Shown: in pieces, positions 28,056 through 42,030 of the stretch | How the letters are laid out: each line of letters starts with the position of its first letter | How positions within the stretch are numbered: the stretch's first letter is position 1 | Assembly: GCA_951406725.2 (NCBI GenBank) | Contig: OX597833.1 | Coordinates: 43,524,001 to 43,588,000 of the forward strand | Length of the DNA stretch: 64,000 nt | Reading direction: 5' to 3' | From: Octopus vulgaris | Taxonomy: Eukaryota | Position numbers and translations under genes: made by a program | The notes under the pieces: generated by a model | Seen by the model: the letters and a program-made list of their open reading frames with translations, nothing else | What the model was told of the DNA's origin: nothing | Database searches by the model: none

Positions 28056-29434
28056 GCTCCAAGGTCACAGAAAAGAATCAACCAAAATAGAAGCAACATA
28101 ATATAAAGACAGAGGCAGAGAGATACATACAAACATACACAATATATATCGCAGGTTTCTGTGCAGTTTTCATCTATCAATTTCACTCACAAGACAATAA
28201 TGCGTAGCTCAAGGCTACAATGGAAGATACCATGCAGTGAGGCCAAAGCTGAAGCCACATGGTTGCAAAACAAACTTAACTACACAGCCATGCCTGTGCA
28301 TACATCAACAAAGATAGATATCCCTTACTTGAGAAACGGGCGACGTTTAGTGGCAGGAATGACATCTGGCTGTAAAACAATACCTCAACAATATATTTAT
28401 CTAACTCATGCTAACATGGAAAAAGAGAAGTAAAACAGATGAATGATTTTATATATGTACACACATATACACATCTTTCAACATAGATGTTTTGGGTCAA
28501 TTTATATTTCCTTATCTTTTTGTTTAACTGCAGTCCTGGATCAAGTATTCATTGTATTTGAACAAGCAGAATCAGAAATGTCGCCAGCTATTCACAGCCC
28601 TCTACCAGCAAGAGAAGCCTAGATTCTGTAGAAGTGTCAAGGCAAGTAAAAGCCTGCATTGATGAAGTTGTATCCAGCAGTATCTTGTCTTTTCCATTCA
28701 TCCTTCCAAGGGTGATAAAAACAAGTAGCAGTAAATATTTTCTGCTATTTACCATTGCACACTGAGTTTGTCCTTTGACAGTTTCAGTCACATATCCTTT
28801 TTCTCTATGAGAGTTCCTATCCCTTCAAGTCAACCTTCTGGAGAAAGAAAGCTATGGGTAGTCATCCACAACCTTTGTCATAGCACAATGTAACCAATTC
28901 CATGAGATAAAAACTTAGTCCAGTACTTGACTCAAACCAAATTTGTCAAATTTTCATAAAAAGAAAAGAAAAAATGGAAGTATGGAAGTTCAAAGTTGAC
29001 CTTGGCAGGATTTGAACAAGAGTATAAAAAATGCAAGATATCGTATCTGATGCCAGAATGCGGTGCAGATTTAAAGCCTCAACCAAGTATTAAAACAAAC
29101 TAGACAATCAGCAAAATGTTTAAGTTGTGGATTACAAAGTAATTTAGAAAAATCTTTTGTCTTGACATTGGTAGATCAAGGTGGTATATACAGGCAAGAT
29201 AGTAGTCAGCTGGGATATGAGATGTTTTGAAACAGCTGTTCTGGTGCCCCCTATTTGGCATAGGTGATATAACACTGACTAATTTGACATCAGACATTTT
29301 AAAATTTCTCTTATTCTCTCTCTGTTTATGTGTGTGAACATATTTTTCTTTATGTATACGAAGAGAGGGAAAGAGTTTATGATATTTGTATTCAATTAAC
29401 AAGTTGTAACGTCTGCTCCACTATCTCTCTTTCT

Positions 29435-29469
<35 letters not shown>

Positions 29470-29481
<12 letters not shown>

Positions 29482-30020
29482 GAAAGAATGGAGTCGAACG
29501 AAGATGTTAACATGCTGATGATAAACATAGGATAATTCATTCACCTATTGAAATATATATATAGTTATTAGTGTGTGATTTTAAAAGTAAAAGTGGAATT
29601 ATTGTGCAATCTGATAAAACTGGAAATTTATGTGATATGGATTTATCAAAATATCATAAATTAATGGAGAAGGAAATTACTAGTAATATAAAGTAGTAAG
29701 TAAAAATATCTTAAAGTCAATTAACTTAGAAGCTAAGAAAATTATGCGTGATTATGATCTTGATAGAACTGAGCCTTTTGTGCCTATGAGGCCTAGGATA
29801 ACTTTAAAAGATCACAAAGAAAACTTCTCTTCTAACCCTAATCTTGTATATAGATGTAGAGTTGAATCTAAAGGGAAAAATTATTTTTACATTGGGTCGA
29901 CTGAAAATTTTATTAAAAAATGAATCACAAATCATGAGTATACTGTTAGGAATAGGGACAGATTGAACAGTACCAGTTGAAGTAAGTTTATATGGTAATT
30001 AAAGGATAGTAACAAACTGT
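29470..30020 (+). mobile_element. Internally deleted, decayed Penelope-like element (RT N-terminal region fused to GIY-YIG endonuclease)
   Basis: Translates IIVQSDKTGNL...KYHKLMEKEITSN and EAKKIMRDYDLDRTEPFVPMRPRITLKDHKENFSSNP, joined in frame to NLVYRCRVESKGKNYFYIGSTENFIKK*ITNH. In-frame stops present; follows a (TA)n tract. Confidence 0.75.
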
Positions 30021-30729
30021 GTGGCTGTGTTTATATATATGTATCTAATTTATATATATGTTTATTACATATATAAAGAAATGAATATATCAATAAATCT
30101 CCCTAAATTTATAATGTGACAGCATTATTTAATGTAACTGCATAGTGACACCAAAATGTTGTTATACCAAATGATTTGTAATCTTTTTAATTCAAACTAA
30201 ATTTTTGTTGCTTGAGAAAATATTTCTTGTTATTACGCTGAATGTTTCTTTTATTTAGACTGAAAAGCTTGTAGTTTTAAAATAGTATATTAATGTGGAT
30301 ATCTGAAATATTTCAGTGGATTAATTCATAAATATGTATTAAGTATCAGAAAATATATTTGCATTGAGTGGAAACTATATCACTATATAAGTTTTAAGTA
30401 CACTCTCTTCTTTATATTAAATGATTAAATATTCATAAATACATAAATTGAATTTATTGATTAATAATAATAATAAATGAATAATTTTATATAAGGCTCT
30501 ATCGTGAGCCAAAACTTTTCCATTGTAAGTACATATTTCCGGTTATTTTTCTGTGAGAAATTAATCTATAAATATATAAATTTTGATGTACAGGGATATT
30601 TTTTCAACTGATAAACTAAGTAATTTAGTGTCATGTACTTGTTATTTACTAAGAATAATGTTTATATAAGCACAAATAAATAGGTTACAATAATTATTAT
30701 ATATAATTATAGATCTTTTTAAATAATTA

Positions 30730-30900
30730 TGCGCAAGAGTGGCTGTGTGGTAAGTAGCTTGTTTACCAACCACATGGTTCCGGGTTCAGTCCCACTGCAT
30801 GGCACCTTGGGCAAGTGTCTTCTACTATAGCCTCGGGCCAACCAAAGCCTTGTGAGTGGATTTGGTAGACGGAAACTGAAAGAAGCCTGTCATATATATG

Positions 30901-30937
<37 letters not shown>

Positions 30938-31151
30938 ATTCGTGTGTCTGTGTTTGTCCCCCTAGCATTGCCTGACAACCGATGCTGGTGTGTTTATGTC
31001 CCCGTTACTTAGCGGTTCGGCAAAAGAGACCGATAGAATAAGTACTGGGCTTCCAAAAGAATAAGTCCTGGGGTCGAGTTGCTTGATTAAAGGCGGTGCT
31101 CCAGCATGGCTGCAGTCAAATGACTGAAACAAGTAAAAGAGTAAAAGAGTA
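30730..31151 (+). mobile_element. Family-A SINE
   Basis: Near-identical to the 24076 copy. Confidence 0.85.
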
Positions 31152-32065
31152 TCCCTCTCTCTCTTTCGGAGAGGCACTGAGCACCTACACGCACATATAC
31201 ACACACGGCAGTAACTTCCGCCTACTGAGTTCAATCACAAAGCTTCAGTCAATGTATATTTATAGTGGTACCTATTAAGTTTAGTATATTTCATCATATG
31301 TTCTTTTGAAATCATATACATAAAATTTATAGAATAAATATAACTATTGGCTTACACTAATTTACTTCCTTCTGTAAAACCATGTAAAATTATATTCGTA
31401 TTTATAATTTATTACCTTTTTAAGAAAAAATATAGCTTCTAATAATCATAGCTTTATATCTTTTTTACTTTTTAGTTACTTAAAATAATGCTTATATTAG
31501 TACGAATAACTAAACAAAAGTAATTATATACTATCATTATATATAATTATATATCTTTTTGAATAATTATGCATATTGAATTATTGTAGTACCTATAGTA
31601 TTTAGTAGATAACATATTTATGCATATAAATCTATAGAATAAAAATATTGGATTACCTTAATATATTTCCTCCTTTTTTATTCTAGGCACACAGCCTGAA
31701 ATTTTTGGGGAGGAGGCCAGTTGATTAGATCGTCCCCAGTACACAACTGGTACTTAATTTATCAACCCCAAAAGGATGAAAGGCAAAGTTGACCTTGGCG
31801 GAATTTAAACTTAGAACATAAAGACAGACGAAATAATTTATTTCCTCCTGTAAAACGAAGTAAAATTCTGATACTCCGTTTATTTATATATTATTATTAT
31901 TATTTTGTAAGAAATGGTATGGTTTTATAATAATTGTAACTTTATAAATTTAACATCAGTATATTCGATTTTTGAGTGAATGAATTGTTGATTAAGAATT
32001 TTTAATGAATATAGTGTCTGAATTAAATATATCCTTTTTTATTTATCTTTTTTCATCATAATATT

Positions 32066-32275
32066 CTCTCTTTTACTCTTTTACTTGTTTCAGTCATTTG
32101 ACTGCAGCCATGCTGGAGCACCGCCTTTTAGTCGAGCAAATCGACCCCGGGACTTATTCTTTGTAAGCCCAGTACTTATTCTATCGGTCTCTTTTGCCGA
32201 ACTGCTAAGTGACGGGGACGTAAACACACCAGCATCGGTTGTCAATCAATGCTAAGGGGACAAACACAAACATAC

Positions 32276-32315
<40 letters not shown>

Positions 32316-32485
32316 ATATATATGTCAGGCTTCTTTCAGTTTCCGTCTACCAAATCCACTCACAAGGCTTTGGTTGGCCCGAGGCTATAGCAGAAGACAC
32401 TTGCCCAAGATGCCGTGCAGTGGGACTGAACCCGGAATCGTGTGGTTGGTTAGCAAGCTACTTACCACACAGCCACTCCTATGCC
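32066..32485 (-). mobile_element. Family-A SINE
   Basis: Near-identical reverse complement; forms an inverted pair with 30730-31151. Confidence 0.85.
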
Positions 32486-33187
32486 TAATATATAAAATAT
32501 ATATATCCTACTCCACCATAAAATTTTTATATATTACATATTACATAGGTATAGATATTATATAAATAAATGGCCAGTGATTATTTTCAATTAAAATTAT
32601 TTTCGGTTAATATTGTTGGAGATACATAAAAACATTTTATGACTGTTGCAAAGTTTCTTCACTTTATTATTTTATCCATTTAAGTTTTGTTCTTTTTATT
32701 GTATTTATAATCGTTTAACATCTGCCTTCCATGCTAATTTTTGAATTATTAATGCTCACATTTCTAAACAAGTATTTTTTTGAATCAGTCTATTTTGTAA
32801 TTTAACAGTCCTTGCATGGATTTTTTTTATTTTGTGTATTTTTTGAACAAATGCCTTGAGTAGATTTATATACATAAATGTAGACTTCTTTTTTAATATA
32901 AATTCACTAGTGTATATGAGTCAAAACAAATTGTTGGCTTTATATTTGTTCTACTAATTTGTTATGTTATATTATATATTATACCTTTTCATAGTATATC
33001 ATATTATACTAGAAAGTAAATAAATGTTTAGTATGTCAGTTATATTTCTCTATTTACTTTAATATTTGTATAATGTAATTATACCCTTTTATTTGTGGTA
33101 TTTAACTGATGTACCAATAAAAATTGGATATTTTGCATCCCATTTTCTTTCATTTGATTTATTATATATATATATGTTTTTTTTTTA

Positions 33188-33605
33188 AATTTTATTTCAT
33201 CTAGTTTCAGCTCACGAACTATGGCCATGCAGGGGCACTGCCATTTGGTGTTGCTACATAATTTTACTTCATGAATGCTTTTTAGCAATTGACATTTGGT
33301 GCATGAGAGTTTGATGCAGATGCCCTCATCTGCACCTCCTGCCGTGAAGTTAGTTCATCTGGGACACCTGACAGGAAGAGGTCCAGCTTTATTTTTAAGA
33401 CACCTACATCCACCCCATGCAGGTCTCTCAGGTCCTTCGGGAGGATATTGAAGAGCTGTGGACCTCTGAAGCCCAGGCTATTGCAGTATCTTGTCCTACA
33501 TCTTGATGGCAAATTTGGAGTCCTTGGCACTATGCAGTGGCGCCCAGTTCTAGTATTTGTGTAACTCTCGATGCCAAAGTTTGGGACAGGATCTTCCAGA
33601 TGTAT
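33188..33605 (-). mobile_element. CR1/L2-group LINE 3' end (ORF2 C-terminus + short 3' UTR)
   Basis: ORF 33282..33668 contains RTGRHCIVPR...YCNSLGFRGPQLFNILPKDLRDL...KIKLDLFLSGVPDE. Its 3' UTR ggcagtgcccctgcatggccatagttcgtgagctgaaactagatgaaataaa resembles the family-A SINE tail. Confidence 0.75.
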
Positions 33606-34210
33606 ATTATGGCATATCTTTCTCACCTGTATATATACATGTATATGTGTGTGTATATATATACACATATAAATACATGTGTGTGTATTTCTGCATGTGC
33701 ATGAGTGTGTGTTTGCCTCTCGTGCAAAAATAGGGTGAATGTTAAGTCAGCCATGCAAATCATCAGCATGCCCTACTGTTTCCATTCTGTCTCAGCAATG
33801 TCTAATTGTCTGAGACAAATGGAAAGCAACTATATTAACAAGTCCTTCATGCACTTATTCAGTGTCTGACATGCTGAATTGAGGATTTATGAAGAACAGC
33901 AGTTATCATGTGCAGGACATATACTCATTGCAACTGAATGCATCATGAAGATCATGATGCTACCTTCTCTTCACAAGAAAAAGCAGGTGGCAAGACTGAA
34001 ATCACTTTTAATTTGAGAAATACCTTCAAGTTTTTCATGTATAACTTAAAGCAGGTTAAGATGGATATTAGAATCATATGGTCTAGAGTTCACTCCCACT
34101 GCATGGGTATTGCCAGCTGGTGTCTTCTTGTACTATAGCCACAGACTAACCAATACCTTGTGAATGAAGCTCATAAATAGAAACTGTTAGAAGTCGTGTG
34201 TGTGTGTGTG

Positions 34211-34787
34211 CATAGTCATGCACATGCACGACCTTCGCTCTTTAGGTCTCACTGAGGAAATGAACAGCGTCCAAGACCTTTGGAAGTATGCTGTGCATGA
34301 GAAGACCCGGCAGGACAAGTGAAGCCATAACCTGTGTCCTCTACCTGAGACATAGTCAGTCCACCTGTGCATACCTTCCTTCTTGGGGCACAAAACTCTA
34401 CTTGTGAAGACCAGTTGAGGCAAGTGAAAATCGAAATCGATCAACATCAATGGAATTTGTAGTTGTGATACCAGTGCCGGTGGCACGTAAGAGAACCATC
34501 CGAACGTGACCGTAGCCAGCGCTGCATTGACTGGCCTCCCTGCCGGTGGCACGTAAAAAGCACCATCTGAGCATGGCCGTTTGCCAGCTTCGTCTGGCAC
34601 CTGTGTTGGTGGCACATAAAAAGCACCCACTACACTCATGGAGTGGTTGGCGTTAGGAAGGGCATCCAGCTGTAGAAACACTGCCAGATCTGACAGGGCC
34701 TGGTGCAGCCTTTGGGCTTCCCAGATCCCAGTTGAACTGTCCAGCCCATGCTAGCATGGAAAGTGGACGTTAAACGATGATGATGAT
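34211..34787 (+). mobile_element. RTE LINE 3' UTR copy with (GAT)n tail. Related copies: ~6395-6660+, 6928-7205-, 11105-11195+, 14995-15250-, 19015-19180-, 35195-35540+, 36738-37107+, 46360-46620-, 48075-48275+, 59930-60235-
   Basis: Shared ggaagggcatccagctgtagaaac...cccatgctagcatggaaagcggacgttaaacgatgatgat, the same 3' end that terminates the RT-bearing copy at 26803-28055. Confidence 0.8.
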
Positions 34788-37744
34788 GTTTCTCTTACTC
34801 TTGCCTTGACATATGCATGCTAACTGAAAATGCAGTCACCATTCATACAAAAGAGGTCATTGTATACAAACTTCTGCAAAGCCATATCTGGTCATTGAGA
34901 CTTCTTTGGAAATAGGAAGCAAAAGAACATCCAGCGGAAGAAGAAAAACCGACTCTTACCCAAGGTAGCATGGAAGGTAGATGTTATATGATGATGATAT
35001 ATATATGTATATATTTTCAGAAGTCAAACACATATACTACTAAAAAAAAAAAATGAAAGGGAAAAAGACACAGATAGTTAAGTTGAGAAACTTATACTAA
35101 ATACAGACGAATGGAGAACAAACACAGGTCACCAACATCACACCAATTATTGGCCAGGGGGGTCAGTGCAATCTCATGTCATTATTGAAAGATCAATCAA
35201 AATCGAAATCGATCAACATCAATGGAAATTGTAGCTGTGATACCAGTGCCGGTGGTGCGTAAGACAACCATCTGAATGTGGCTGTTGCCAGCGCCGCCCC
35301 AACTGGCCTCCGTGCCAGTGGCATGTAAAAAGCACCATCCGATCGTGGCCATTTGCCAGCCTCGCCTGGCACGTAAAAAGCACCCACTACACTCACGGAG
35401 TGGTTGACGTTAGGAAGGGCATCCAGCCCTAGAAACATTGCCAGATCAGACTGGGCCTGGTGCAGCCTTTTGACTTCCCAGACCCCAGTTGAATCGTCCA
35501 ACCCATGCTAGCATGGAAAGCGGACGCTAAACGATGATGATTGATAATATTACTTCCACTCTGGAGGCAACCAGCAAGAGAACTTACTGGAAATATGACC
35601 AAAGCATAAGAAAACAAAACGAGACGGACAAACAAGGATGAACAAGGAATATGGTATTGAATATAAGAAAATAGATGAGTAATTTGAGTTGAGCCTATTA
35701 GTGGACAGACGAGGGACAAAAATACAAAAATAAAAAATAATAACAAAACATATACAAAAAAAAAATAATAATACACATATACATCAAAAAAGCCATGGGT
35801 TGGCTTTATATATATATAAAGAAAGTTATTAACTCTTTAATACTATTAAATATTCAGCTATATAGAAAATAAATAGGCTTTGGTAATTTTTTTGGAATTT
35901 CTTTTATTTTATTTAGAAAGATTGAATTTACGTGGTCCTGAACTGTGGAGTGAACAACTTTAACCCTTTTAATACCAATTCACTTGAAACAGCCTTTGGT
36001 TAAGTCACAAATTTCCTCTTTTAAAGACAAGGAAATTAAATCTTCCTTCAAAATTTCACTGTCATTTATGATCGAAATACCAGGTTAATAATGACAGATA
36101 TATTTTACAAACTACTTCATTTCTTTCATAATTTATTGAAACAAAGGCAGCGTATTTCAACATAAATATGGTAATGGAAGGGTTAACAGGAACAACATAG
36201 AAACATTAAAAAAAATATATCACAGTAGAAGATAGTTCTTTTAAAAAAATATAAAATATACATTTTTATTAACCTTTTAACACCGAAATTATCAATATGC
36301 AGAAAAAATATGTCTTTTTCAAAATGATTTAAATGAAAGAAATATGTACATTGTAAAAAAAATTCAATTCTAACTAATTGTAAAAAAAATTAAATCCTAA
36401 CTAATACATATACACATATTCGAATATAGACATACACAAACACATATGCATACACATGAACCTATATATGTAAATGTATATATTATTCAAAAGTCAATAG
36501 CTCTGCACTGAATGCAATATACTATAATTGGCTGCCATTCTTTTTCAGTAAAATCTTAGTACTTGAAAGGTCAAAAATGATTCATAATTACAATTCCAGG
36601 GTTTCAAAAATGAATAATTGAATCACCGTTCATTGTTAATCTGTATGGGATTGGTAGAAGTAAAAAAAAAAAAACAACATAATAATAAATAAAAGGAACA
36701 CATTACATATACACACATATATATATATGTGTAAAAACAGCATTCAAGCGTGATCATTACCTGCGTCGCTTTACTAGCACTTGTGCTGGTGGCATGTGAA
36801 AAAAAAACAACATTTGAGTGAGGTCATTGCCAGTGCCGTCGGACTGGCTCTTGTGCAGATGGCACATAAAAAGCACCATTTGAATGTGGCCAGTGCCAGT
36901 ACCACCTAACTGGCCCTCATGCCGGTGGCACATAAAAGCACCCACTACACTCTCTGATAGTTGGCATTAGGAAGGGCATCCAGCTATATAGAAACTCTGC
37001 CAGATCAGATTGGAGTCTGGTGCAGCCATCTGGTTCGCCAGACCTCAGTCAAATCGTCCAACCCATGCTAGCATGGAAAGCGGACGTTAAACGACGACGA
37101 TGATGATATGTAAGCCATATAGTACATACAAACATGACAAATTTGACCATTTCTCCATGGATTGAAAGATTGATGAACAGCCTTAATTGATTTTCAACTC
37201 TTATTAGAGTCTCATCAGAGATGTCTACATCAATTGACCAATCCCAATGAAAGAAGTAGCTAATCCATTTTATATATACAACAAATCAGGAAGCTTCAGA
37301 GAACTAGGGTTACAAATTTGCATGCTAAAGTGTTTAACACTTTATTTAACTCTTTTGTGTTCAGATTACTCTGTTAAATGTAATACTTTTTCACTCAAGT
37401 TGTTTTGAATTAATCATGCATTAGCTTATAGCTTTGAAGTTTCAATGATGTGTTTGTTTATTTTTAGAATGTCAGTGTAGGTTTGGTGTGAGAGGCTGGA
37501 TATGGCCAGTTTGAATATAAAACTTGTAGAATATTTGGGCCAGATATGGCCGGTTTAAACACTAAAGGGTTAATATCACTATCCTCTATACACACACACA
37601 CGAATTTACAAACAAACAGATAAATATGTCAAGTGATTACAATATTTGGAAGAAAATGGGAAGTAGTTACAATATTTGACATTTGGTGCAGAATTATTGA
37701 CATCTGAATAGTACATATACATGTATGTCAGTTCATATTAGTGC

Positions 37745-39003
37745 TTATATATATATATATATATATGTATACATATATATATGTATACATATATATATGT
37801 ATACATATATATATATATGTATACATATATATATATATATGTATACATATATATATATATGTATACATATATATATATATGTATACATATATATATATAT
37901 GTATACATATATATATATATGTATACATATATATATGTATACATATATATATATGTATACATATATATATGTATACATATATACATATATGTATATATAT
38001 ATATATATATGTATACATATATATATATATGTATACATATATATATATAGTATACATATATACATATATACATATATGTATACATATATATATATGTATA
38101 CATATATGTATACATATATATATATATGTATACATATATATATATGTATACATATATGTATACATATGTATACATATATATATATGTATACATATATACA
38201 TATATGTATACATATATATATATGTATACATATATGTATACATATATATATATGTATACATATATGTATACATATATATATATATACATATATGTATACA
38301 TATATATATATGTATACATATATGTATATATGTATACATATATGTATACATATATATATATGTATACATATATGTATACATATATATATATGTATACATA
38401 TATGTATACATATATATATATATGTATACATATATATATATATACACATACATGTATACATATATATATATACATATATGTATACATATATATATATATA
38501 CATATATGTATACATATATATATATACATATATGTATACATATATATATATATATAACATATATGTATACATATATACATATATGTATACATATATATAT
38601 ATATGTATACATATATACATATATGTATACATATATATATATATATCATATACACATATACATATATATACATATACACATATACATATATATACATATA
38701 CACATATACATATATATATACATATACATATATACATATATGTATACATATACACATATATACATATATGTATACATATACATATATACATATATGTATA
38801 CATATATACATATATGTATACATATATACATATATATATATATACATATACACATATACATATATATATATATACATATATGTATACATATATATATATA
38901 TATACATATACACATATACATATATATATATATACATATATGTATACATATATATATATATATACATATACACATATACATATATATATATATACATATA
39001 TGT

Positions 39004-39036
<33 letters not shown>

Positions 39037-39193
39037 TATACACATATACATATATATATACATATACACATATACATATATATATATACATATACACATA
39101 TACATATATACACAATTACACATAGACATATACATATACATATATACATATATATACATATATACATACATAAATAAATATATATATATATAT
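37745..39193. repeat. ~1.45-kb compound (TA)n/TGTATACA/CATATA microsatellite
   Basis: Direct reading; source of the Y/I/H/C/M-rich spurious ORFs. Confidence 0.95.
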
Positions 39194-39546
39194 AGGAAGT
39201 GTGGTTTATACGTATATTTAAAGCTGATACTTCCAGCATGACTCAGAATCAAGTTTCTGTTTTCTCGCCCAAAACTAAGAAGCAGCAGCGGAAGGGAAAA
39301 AAATATGCTTGAAATAAATTAATGCATAACAATTACTGCTCTCTTCCAAAATTGCTAAGAAAATACTGAACTAAAATTTCTATCTCAGTTATTTTGGAAA
39401 ATAAAAAATTTAAAGCCAAGCATTTATGAGGCTAAGTGAAGACAAGCTTAGAAAAAATGCAAGACTCAAAAAAATTAAACAAGAAAAATGAATTCTATGT
39501 ACATAATAAAAAATGTGTGAACATAAACACAGACACAACACATTTT

Positions 39547-39766
39547 CTATATATATATACATACATATACATATATATATACACATACATATACATACAT
39601 ATATACACATACATATACATGTATATATACACATACATATACATGTATATATACACATACATATACATGTATATATACACATACATATATATACACACAT
39701 ACATATATATACACACATATACACATACATATATATACACACATACATATACACATACATATATAT

Positions 39767-39798
<32 letters not shown>

Positions 39799-40287
39799 TC
39801 ACATACATATATATATATCTACACATACATATATATATATATCTACACATACATATATATAAATATATCTACACATACATATATATAAATATATCTACAC
39901 ATACATATATATATATCTACACATACATATATATATATATATCTACACATACATATATAAATATATCTACACATACATATATATATATATCTATCTACAC
40001 ATACATATATATATATACACACACATACTTATATACATATATATACACATACATATATATACACACATATACATATATATACACATATGTACATACATAT
40101 ATAAATGCATACAAATATATATATATATATATATATATACAGATATTTATATACATACATACATACATATATATATATACAGATATTTATATACATACAT
40201 ACATATATATATATATACAGATATTTATATACATACATACATATATATATATATACAGATACTTATATACATACATATATTAATGCA

Positions 40288-40324
<37 letters not shown>

Positions 40325-40354
40325 GATACTTATATACATACATATATTAATGCA

Positions 40355-40390
<36 letters not shown>

Positions 40391-40420
40391 GATACTTATA
40401 TACATACATATATATAGATA
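39547..40420. repeat. Compound (TA)/(CA) microsatellite with higher-order subunits
   Basis: Repeated atctacacatacatatata and acagatatttatatacatac units. Confidence 0.9.
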
Positions 40421-40475
40421 AAACTTACTTGGAAGAAGATGTGTGGCTTTCATATAATAATATGAAGAATATATG

Positions 40476-40529
<54 letters not shown>

Positions 40530-40727
40530 TATATAAATATAAGTATATAAACATATGTATATGTACATACATCTATATGGGCATAGGACATCACAAAACG
40601 TGTACAACAAAAAATATGAAGCATGAGTACATGGAATATGAACCATTTTTTTCGAACAGAGACAAATGGAAAACAAGACAAACACATGCCAAAGGGCCGT
40701 TCTTTATGTTGTTTGTCTTGTTTCCAC

Positions 40728-40772
<45 letters not shown>

Positions 40773-40793
40773 CAATACATATATATACATACA

Positions 40794-40825
<32 letters not shown>

Positions 40826-40829
<4 letters not shown>

Positions 40830-41035
40830 CTCTCTCTCTTTCGGAGAGGCACAAGCACCTACACGCACATATACACACACGGCAGTAACTTCCGCTTGCC
40901 GAATTCAATCACAAAGCTTCGGTCAGCTCGGGGCTATAGCTGAAGACACCTACTCAAAGTGCCACGCAGTGGGACTGAACCCGAAACCATGTAGCTAGGA
41001 AGCAACTCCCTAACCACACAGCCATGCCCGCACCT
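40826..41035 (-). mobile_element. Family-A-headed SINE variant with a different tail (also 42537-42748 and partial 31151-31250)
   Basis: Same tRNA-like head, but the 3' end is ...gtgtaggtgcttgtgcctctccgaaagagagagagagggata. Confidence 0.75.
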
Positions 41036-41145
41036 ACATATATATACATACATGTATTGTATGTATGTATATATATATATATATATCATCATCATCATCG
41101 TTTAGCATGGAGAACGGACGTTAAACGATGATGATGATGATGATG

Positions 41146-41176
<31 letters not shown>

Positions 41177-41708
41177 TACATACATACAATACATGTATGT
41201 ATACATATACATTCATACAAGGCTGTTTATGGATGACCAGCAGTTGCCCATGCATACATGGCACCAGAGACACTACAACTCATTTCTACTGCTGAATGAA
41301 ATGGAGCAACGTGAAGTGAAGTGTCTTGTTGAAGAACCCAACACACAGCGGTATCGAGGAATCAAATTCAGTACCTCATGACTGTAAGCCTGACACTTTA
41401 ACCACTGAGCCATATGCTTACACACGCACACATTTTCATATTTGTAAAGGAGAAGAGATTTTTCTATTACATGATTGACAGTCAGGCTTTCTCCAGCAAT
41501 GCTAAACATCATTGATACTGCAAGAAAATGTCTGGGTGGATTATTTTGGTTACATCAAATAAGGCTTTTGCAAAAGCACACACACAGTATGAAAATATAT
41601 GCACATTTCTAAAGTTTACTATTTTGAGTTGACTGTTTGTAATCCTTTATCTTTTACTTGTTTCAGTCATTGGACTACAGCCATGTGTAGGACACTGCTC
41701 TTCTAGTC

Positions 41709-42030
41709 TTGTGGTTCTCAACCATTTTTTGCCTTTGAACCCCTTTGATTCACATTTTACTTAGATAGCTCATCATGGCCATTCAATGCTTTAAAAAAAT
41801 CTTCTATTTCTATACTTAAATTTTATAAGGAATTATATTTAGTCTTGTTTGAACATAGAACAGGTGAAATGTTTTGGCTGGATATGGCTGGTTTAAGAGT
41901 TAAAAGATTAAAATATTTTGTGTACCATAGAAGCATAATCAATTTATTGCACATAAATTTTAACAATAAAATCTTATATGGACTGCTGCCCCACCACAAG
42001 GGCCATATGAAATCCAGTTGAGAATCACTG
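41709..42030. mobile_element. hAT-like MITE inserted in a family-A SINE remnant
   Basis: TIR (tt)gtggttctcaac / gttgagaatcactg; imperfect 8-bp TSD ttctagtc / gtctagtc. Confidence 0.65.

Noticed and set aside
30060-33170. Possible NUMT
   Set aside because: I could not recognise any mitochondrial protein, rRNA or tRNA sequence; AT-richness alone is insufficient.
37725-40998. Long ORFs of 200-500 aa rich in Y/I/H/C/M/V on both strands
   Set aside because: Translations of TA/CA microsatellite, which lacks stop codons in all frames.
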